A stretch of DNA of 64,000 bases, taken from assembly GCA_964304625.1 (NCBI GenBank), contig OZ199838.1, positions 6,309,531-6,373,530 of the forward strand. Direction: 5' to 3'. The translations under genes were made by a program, and so were the position numbers. The stretch comes from Kudoa neothunni (Eukaryota > Animalia > Cnidaria). Shown piece by piece: positions 55,976 to 64,000 of this stretch (position 1 is its first letter; each line of letters opens with the position of its first letter). Under the pieces are notes generated by a model, which was not told the DNA's origin, searched no databases, and saw nothing but the letters and a program-made list of their open reading frames with translations.

Positions 55976-58347
55976 TTATATATTGAAACGAGTTAACACG
56001 CAAATATATAAACACAACTATTCAATAGGTATTATTTATAATGAAGTTTTCAAAAATAGTATTTTCCATACCAGCATTCCCAATCGAATGTATATTTCCA
56101 TATATCCAATCCCAGCAATTATTACACATATGAAAATACATTGGTTTAAGGTTAGATGAGTAACAGTTTTCGATCGGATTTGGGTATAATTGCCAAAAAG
56201 TACTCTATCGGTGTGGTGGGTTTCGTTCCTGCAGAAAATGGGTTTGATAAAGTTGCACTTAATATAAAATATAAGAATTCCTTAATCAAGTCAAAACAAT
56301 AATATTTACTGGACAATTACAAAAACTCGCACAATAACATGATTCAATCTGACTAAGATTAAAAAAATGCCAATCGATTATTTCCCCCTTTGAATTTTTC
56401 AACATAACTATGCAAAGGAATTTAGAAATTTTAATTTTAAGAAAGACAACCACGTTACTAGGGCAATTATTTTTTTTTGCTTCGATCTTGGGAAGAATTT
56501 CAAGTGTGTAAACTTTTATGCTTTTGGGAAAGATTTTATGTGTCTGTTCATTTTTAGAAAATTCGTATAACGATAGGCACTTTCCTAATGAAACCTAAAT
56601 AAAAATAATATATCGGTTTAAAAAAAAGGTTGTGTTACGGTGAAAACTGCTTCAATGAGGCCATAATTTATCACAGTGACTACAATCACACGACCTTTAG
56701 AAGTGGTGTTTGTGGTGGCAGCAATTATTTTGGCTTCCGATCTAAATTATTATTTTAAAGGGTGAAAATGAATAAACACTTTGGATACATATTATATGTA
56801 ACAGAAGTGAGTGATCCCTCCACAATAATAGTAATTAAACTAGATGAAGAATAGCTTTTGGTTATTTTTAATTGAGGGGTTTTGTGATGAACCAACTCGC
56901 AACTTCCATATCTACTGCATAAGTAGATGGGTTTATATCCTGCAGAGATACGTTTCTTAGTAAAAGTTCAAAAATTGTTTGGCATCATCTCACTCATACT
57001 GTATCTTCCTTAATAAGATCTTTGGGTTGGTTCAGTAGGCAGCTAATAACGATTAACGTTAATTGGAGTATTAATAGAGTTAAAAATATACGATCCAGCT
57101 TTATTATAACAACTATAACCATCTAAACCCTGATTTCTAAAAGCAGAATAGCCTGTGCCAATTTTATTGCATTCAGTCCCTAGCATCGATACCAAGTGGT
57201 TGGGTACTATCAGCATCTAGTAGGTTATTAAAATGTAGAATCTTAGAAAAAATAACTTTATTATTATGCCCATTGAGTGGAACAAGAAAAACATGACTAC
57301 TGAGATTAGGTATTTGTTCTTGAAATTCAAATTCTCCTGAATATAGAACTGACAGCTTTAAACATGTTAAATTTTGGAATCTATCACAACAACGATTTAC
57401 TTTGTTACTCCGGTAGATATTATTGTGTGAGCCAACATGTACAATAATTGGTTTGCTCATATCATTTTTTGTTTTATCTATGGCTATCTTTATTGATATA
57501 TTGGTGTATATTTTGTATGTGAATATCTCATACACATCGTACCTTAATAGAAGATTTGCGGTGTCAAGGAAAACCTACTGTATTCACAAGTTACCATAAA
57601 TCTACAAATCGTAAACAATGAGCAGAAGCTGAATTTTTATTCGCGAGCGAACAATCGATATCACCTCTTGTAAAAACCGTCTTATTGAAGAAATATTTGT
57701 CAAATTTCTCTTTTCCAGTGCACGAACAACAAAACCCCTTTCACAACAATAAGCTTTAAAGAATCAATAAAACATTTCATCTACTTGACTGTCCCATATT
57801 GGTTGTGACTGTGCGTCTTTTTGATCTTCTGTAACAACGTTACTGTATGCATATCCACATGTAACATGTGGATCCATCCATTCGTCTCTACACGAAAAAA
57901 AGTTCTCATTTTGATACCATTCCCCTAATTTGATAATTTCTTCGTATGGATGATGATTAACTTGAATCTATTAAATAATATTTTCTATTAAATTCACTAA
58001 GATATACTTTTGATTTCATTAATTCGTATCTCAGTTGCGGGAGTTGTTTGACGATATCTAATTTAAGAGGGTAATCCAATGGAACTAGTTGGCCATGTTT
58101 GTTGTGAACTTTTGTGACTTTAAATGCCAATTCTGACTATGATTTAGTTAATATATTTGTTTTTTAATTATTAAGATACTTTTTGTACAAGTTCCTCAAT
58201 CGATAATGTTAAATACACCTGAGATCGACATTCAATGGGTTGGTTACTTTCGGGGCAGGATGACACTATAGAATGAGATAATACTTTTTGAGCACCAGTT
58301 CCCCAGATGTGAACAAACGTAAAAGTCAATGTTATTAATGAATTCAT
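55976..58347 (-). CDS. HAP2: HAP2/GCS1 gamete fusogen (class II fusion protein, fusexin), 13-14 exons
   Basis: Hand-spliced open frame: signal peptide; VNHHPYEE; CRD..TCG; IWDSQ|GFCCSC..TRGDIDC..SASAHCLRFVDLWY; GTECNKIGTGYSAFRNQ..CYNKAGSCLLNQ; domain III VINYGLIEAVF; CYCASFCNCPC; hydrophobic TM segment. Stop at 56036 or, with a last intron, 55976. Confidence 0.93.
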
Positions 58348-60251
58348 TTTTTATATCTTACAAAAAATCGTTTATAATTTAACATTGTATCAACTATTAT
58401 AAAATGTATCTTATCAAACACCCCAAAGTAGCTAATTTATTGTTACAATTTTTGTTTCACATTATTTGCTATTTAACAATTTTTGTTTTGTCAATTTACT
58501 AAATAAAAGGTAATTAAATGTTACAAATAATTGGTTTCTTAATTAAAACTTTTAATTGGCCAAATAAATATTAAGTTTCGAATAATATTTACTTTAATAT
58601 TTGTTATGGTCATTTGTTAACTAAACGAGCAATTTTAGTAATTTATTGATGACAAATATTTTCTGTTGCGACTAAGTACGGTCGTTTAGTTACAAATGCA
58701 TTTTTCTGGATTCACTATGGTAGATTGTAATTAGCTCCTAGGTGCAAATAACTGAAGAGACAAAATAATGAGGTACGACATACATTAAATCTTCTCAACT
58801 TTATTTTTAACTCAAAAATGTATGTTATAATCTTTTTCTAATATTACATTATCAATTTTATATATAAAAACTATTATATTTCATATTATTAAAATGAAGT
58901 TTAAACTAAATATAACTTTATAATTAAGTTACAATAATATATTGATATAGAGTAATTTAGAGGTGTTTGTGACAACTTCGCAGTTAGTCAATAAGTCATG
59001 AATGAAAAATACTTATCTGTCTCTTGCAGAAAAAAAATAATTAGGTTTTTGATGCTTCACATCATATTCAATTAACTCTAATACTTCGTAGTAGTACATT
59101 GAAACTATCATGATTTTTAATCCAGAGGCGCCTAAAATAAATTTCAACAACAAACATTTAGAAACAGATTAAAATTTTGTAATTAAACTTCTTTTTAAAT
59201 AATGTAACATCTACTATCGCAAATAACATTTGACTATTCAGTTTCCATGATTTTATCAATTAAAAATCATTAAATACGATATAACGCCTTAAAAAATTAA
59301 GTGTCGTAATTTTATGGTGTCCAAAGTATTTTTGAAACTTTAAATACTTAAAAAAAGTTGTGTTGGCTCTTGTGGTAATTGAATATTATTTTATTTAAAA
59401 GATGCCTCATTTTCTTATTTATACCATCTTGAATGTATTACCAATTAAATTAACAAATAAAACATTAGGGTAAAATTCAACTTTTCCAAAGATTATTATC
59501 AAATTGAGTTTTTAAGTTACCTTTGAACAAGCAATTGAATCATTTTTTACTAAAAGCCAACTATACATATTTGTCTTTTTAAAGAATTTTTTTATATATT
59601 ACCATGGAACAAATTTTTTCCCCATTTCATTTAACAAGTCATTCAAATTACCCTGAATAAATTGGTAAATTTACTCCTAATTTAAGCTAAAAATTCTGAG
59701 GTGTAACGTAATCTTCTTTATATTAAAAAATATATTATTTTTAGACATTTCTGATTATTATAAACTATAAGTATGTTTGCTGTGGTCATTATAATCCACA
59801 CTTAATTAGAAATATTTTTTAAACCATAATTATTCTGTATTTACTTGAAATCTTTTAATTTCATTCATAACACATCGTGAAGATATAAGAATATTAATAA
59901 CCAAAATAAATTAATAATAATAATAATAAAAACATCGTTGTCAACAGTAAAACTAGTTATCATTATTTTAATTATATTAAAATGATTATGCAAGTTTCGA
60001 ATAACTTTTTTGAATATTTAATTATACGATCAAAAAACTACTATCCCAAAAAGTGGAGATTTAAAATTTGGGTTAAATAAAGTTGGTTGCGCGAGCATGT
60101 ACTAAGCAAAAAAATTTGTATGTTAGTTGCATATTTTATTTCTCACGATTCTACGTTTATTTTACACTCCAAAAAACAATACTTGTAACAATAATCCTAA
60201 TATTAGTATTTTTATGCGCATCTTATTTCCAAACCCTCAAAATATGCAATA

Positions 60252-60748
60252 GCATGGACAATTAGGCATAGTCTTGCTAGGTGTGGCTCACATTCTGTGA
60301 GGTTGTGTGTTTGAGGCCTAGTGGGGGAGTCGCCGTAATCTTAATCCGAAATTGAGTAGAAAGGCTGTAGTAATCGCAGGGATCTGCGATTTCTCGTAAT
60401 CTCGCTTGCAGCTGGGAAGGGAGCCTGGCGGAGGAGTAGATCACGGGCGCTCGTAAACGCGGGGATACAGGAACGAAATAAAACCCAGTAGGAGGTTTCC
60501 GTTAAGTCGACTCTTATACTCAGATGACTTTCCCAGACTAATTCTGAGTTAGTCCTGGGTATGGTTAGGGCGGTGGTTTCTCCAAAATGAGAAATTTTAG
60601 TGGGTTAAAATCCCATACTACCACATAAACGTAAGTCGCCTTAATATGTCGCCAGGTGCCTAAAACGTAAACGAAGAAGTCTAACCAACTCGAACTTCAC
60701 AACCTAACATGTTGCGCTAGGGGTTTGACCTTGTAAACAACAAAATTA
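60252..60748 (+). mobile_element. 5'-truncated non-LTR retroelement (RLE-type, R4/Dong-like) 3' end with structured UTR
   Basis: 13-bp TSD AAAATATGCAATA (60239-60251) / AAAACATGCAATA (60749-60761) and A-rich tail. Begins with GIVLLGVAHIL, resembling the KxVLLGTAxIL C-terminus of RLE-clade ORFs. Confidence 0.65.
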
Positions 60749-61452
60749 AAAACATGCAATACGCGATGGTGAATTTACATATTTTGGCTTCTTAATATAA
60801 ACCATGGTAAATGTTTTTATTGCGTTGAAATGATTTTCAACAATAATAAATGAGAAAAGAGTAAATTAATAACTTAATGCACTTAACAGACTCAAACATT
60901 TATAGAATGTCAGCAATAATATTTCACCGAATGAAAATTAAATAATAATTTGTCATCGAAAAAAGGGTACATTAATTTATCCAAAATACAAATATTTTCT
61001 GGGGATATATATTCAATTCAAACTTTATTTTGTGTCGATTTTTTGAGTGTATTTTAAATTTAATATTTATGGATATTTTACCAAGAAAATATTTCCACTA
61101 GGATAGTTTTAATTTCATCTTGTGTTAATTACGGTAATCGCAAAAACTGAAGTCTAATATCTCCCATTAATTTTTTCTCCTAAACTTACTTAGCAACATT
61201 ATTTTTTGTTTTAATAGTGTTTAATATTACAAAAAATAATAAATAATTATTCCATTTCTAAAATGTCGCCTCGTGTTAATTCCAAATATAATTATGATCT
61301 CTATTAAGGTCAAATGTAAAATCACAGAAATCAGCCAATGAAACACGAATCCCGAACAAATTGGAAGGGCTTAATTGACCTTAAGTAGACATCAAACAAG
61401 CGCACGCAGTCATAATCGAAAAAGCGAATTTCTTATCTCTTCAGAGTATCCC

Positions 61453-62914
61453 ATGAGAACAGTAGAAGTTTCAGCGCCTGCAAAAGTTGTGCTCAGTGGC
61501 GAACATTCAGTGGTTCACGGAAAAGTGATTACTTAAGTGTGTCATATGTTAATTAATTATTTAGCATGCGTTGGTTGGTTCTATCGATAAGCACCTTAAT
61601 TTAAAAATAACTGAAGACAGTCTTGATCCAGGGAGAATTACTTTATATTTGAACAAAAATACAACTCCCGAAACAGGAATTAGCATTTCTGATTTATCGC
61701 AACAATATTGCAAAGACATTCAATCCACCTCATTGACAGGTGAAACACTCCATCACACAAAATAAAATTGATTTTTAACTCATTTTATTTAAGAAAAATA
61801 TTCCATTATTCTCAAAAATATTAATGAAAATGGTTTGGTTGCTAATGGCAACAACTACAATCCTCAATTAATTTCAGTTATAACGGCCGTTTGTATTCAT
61901 TACATTTCCACTGACTTTTTGTATGAATTAAGATTTTTAATCTCAGTTGATTCCGATATTTAGTTCTCAGTACAGTTTAACAGTAAATTTGAGTTATGAG
62001 TTTCCGTTTGCTTCTGGGTTAGGATCGTCAGCGGCACTTGCATGTTGTTTGGCAGCTTACGCCTTGGTGAAAAACGAAAGCAACCACACAAACAAAGATG
62101 AAATAAATCGTTTAGCTGGGGATATTGAAAAAATCTTTCATTCCAATTCCAGTGGAATGGATAATACATGTGTGTGTTTTGGTGGGGTTCTTCTATTTAA
62201 AAACTTTTCGATAATCCAAAGAATAACTATGTATAACAATAGCTCTCTGTGGCAAACCTATTTTAGTAATTTTTGATTATATTTTAGGAGCGAGGACATT
62301 TCCGTTTTGATCATCAATAGTGGGGTTACTCACTCAACTAAAAGTGCTGTGTTGAATGTGGCCGACGCCTTTAGACGTGTAGTTCTTGATTTGTTTGTCT
62401 TTGAATTCAACTCGTATAGGATCCTGTTAGATTTGAATCTATTTTCAATACTATCGATTGTATCACAATGGATATGTTTGAGAAATTTAATAACTTATCC
62501 GGTACTTTCCATTGTTAAGCAGCGGTTTATTATTTTTAGGTGACTTTTCTTTAGTGAAGGACAAAATTAATGTTATATCTTATTCTCATATGTATAATTA
62601 AATTCTTTATAGACTTTAATAAACCAGAATCACAATCTGTTAAATGATATTGGTGTGGGCTTCAAAGAGGCATGTGACATCACGGAAATATGCCAATCAT
62701 TTGGAGTCTACCCTAAAATAACTGGATCTGGATGTGGTGGTTGTTTGATTGCTCTTCTTCATAAAAGTATATTTTTTTAAACTTTCAATTTTTATATATT
62801 CTCGTAGATGAACTACCGACTCTCCAACCGTTGTTTGATAGTTTAACTAGAAGTGGGTTTCAATACATTTTGACCAAATTCAATCAAAAAGGAGCTGTGG
62901 TCCACCGTTTATGA
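61453..62914 (+). CDS. MVK: Mevalonate kinase (GHMP family), multi-exon
   Basis: VSAPAKVVLSGEHSVVHGK, FPFASGLGSSAA, EKIFHSNSSGMDN and KITGSGCGGC. Short GT-AG introns; stop TGA at 62912-62914. Confidence 0.93.
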
Positions 62915-63399
62915 TTCTATTTTTAAAACTCAATTTTTAAGATATTTTCTATTCAAAAAATGGAGTTTATCGCGCTTTTCCAAAGTAGAGATTAACCAAA
63001 TAATATCAGTGTTGTTTCACCTAAAATCTTTTATCTTTTCTAATTTTATATAACTACATATTATCCTTTTTTCAAGATGAATTCAATTTATAAAGAATTG
63101 AATAACGTTGTTAGCTTTATTATAGTTATTTCTTACTTACTTTCAACCAGTAATTTATCTCAATTTGACATTGTTACTCACGAGGTAAACCTCTTGAGGT
63201 TACTAATTAGATTGGGTTGTTTGGATTGGTCAAGGTAGGCTCTATGAACGCTTTAGGCATCTTGATGAATATGATATTACCGTATATTATGGCGACGGGG
63301 CAGGAATTCAATCCACTATACATACTAGATTCGAGGTGACTGCCATCCCAGCTTTGTACTCAAATTCTAAGGAAACTGGCTCTATGGGATGTGTTATGT

Positions 63400-63640
63400 A
63401 AATTATTGTTACTCAAATTCTCCCAACGATTTAAACGTCAGATCCGACCTTTCCCAATTGGCCGGACTATAATGGCAATCGCTGTTTACAAAATAATGGG
63501 CGTATACTCTAACCACAGCTTCTGTTATGTGATTATGAAGAATAACGTAGAGCCAGTGGCTTGTTGACATCGGGGCTTAAGCTGGCAACTTAAAGATTTA
63601 CAGCACAAGACGTCACACACACGGCATCGATCCGCCGTCT
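63400..63640 (-). mobile_element. Degenerate tRNA-derived SINE (boundaries approximate)
   Basis: Decayed tRNA-like head on the minus strand (63565-63640) and a TTTAAACGTCAGATCCGA segment resembling conserved invertebrate SINE bodies. Confidence 0.35.
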
Positions 63641-64000
63641 TTCAAGCCCATTACTGCATTCTTAGAGGTCAGAAATAATTAATTATTTTAAATACTACAT
63701 ACGAAGAATTAAGTTTTTAAGGGGCAGTCGGTACTCTATACGAAACCTAAAATATTCATGAAAAGTTAATAAAATTTAACTGGTTAATAGTTTAAAAATA
63801 TTTTAACCACTTGAAAAAATGTATTTTAAAATATTTTCCAAACTTGTCAACTACATTTTAACAACGTAGAAATTACTTTAAATATGAATTACAAAACCCA
63901 CTTGAAGCATGATCGGTACAAAAATTCTTAAACAACAGATATATTTTGAGAATGTTTTTTATCAGCTGCGACTAGGAAAAATGGCTATTGACTGTTTTAA

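Noticed and set aside
56742-56788. Possible U12-type intron in HAP2 (GTATCC donor)
   Set aside because: The donor continues AA rather than TT, and there is no clear CCTTAAC branch site. Length matches the ordinary introns.
60555-60575. GGTTAGGG within a structured region, suggesting telomerase RNA
   Set aside because: The CCCUAACC template would be on the minus strand, but G-U pairs indicate the plus strand folds. I found no convincing pseudoknot or H/ACA domain, and the region is bounded by a TSD and A-rich tail.
60262-60663. RNase P/MRP, group I intron, HDV, pistol or hammerhead ribozyme
   Set aside because: Only isolated short motif matches (GGAAAGTC, AGACTA/TAGTC, GGTTAGGG), not in the required order or pairing.

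Overview
AT-rich, intron-containing eukaryotic (animal) DNA; no prokaryotic features or CRISPR arrays. Host genes have very short GT-AG introns (mostly 36-65 nt) and divergent proteins, so most are fragmented or absent in the ORF track. I reconstructed them by hand. Genes in order: FoxJ1 (+), a UPF1-derived SF1 helicase whose CH domain is replaced by a presequence-like N-terminus (-), UNC-45 (+), Ral GTPase (-), a tandem pair of secreted saposin-like-domain genes (-), SEM1/DSS1 (-), an intact multi-exon HAP2/GCS1 gamete fusogen (-) and mevalonate kinase (+). Between them lies a dense, often nested set of mobile elements: five piggyBacs, a pogo (POGK/Passer-like), a Tigger, a hAT, three Merlins (one intact), a MULE, two non-autonomous Helitrons, a young Ty3/Gypsy element whose single ORF lacks the RT core, a 5'-truncated non-LTR element with a highly structured 3' UTR, and tRNA-derived SINE remnants. 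The pattern suggests a fast-evolving, compact-gene metazoan such as a myxozoan- or orthonectid-like parasite. This is inference; the species cannot be determined from the window.
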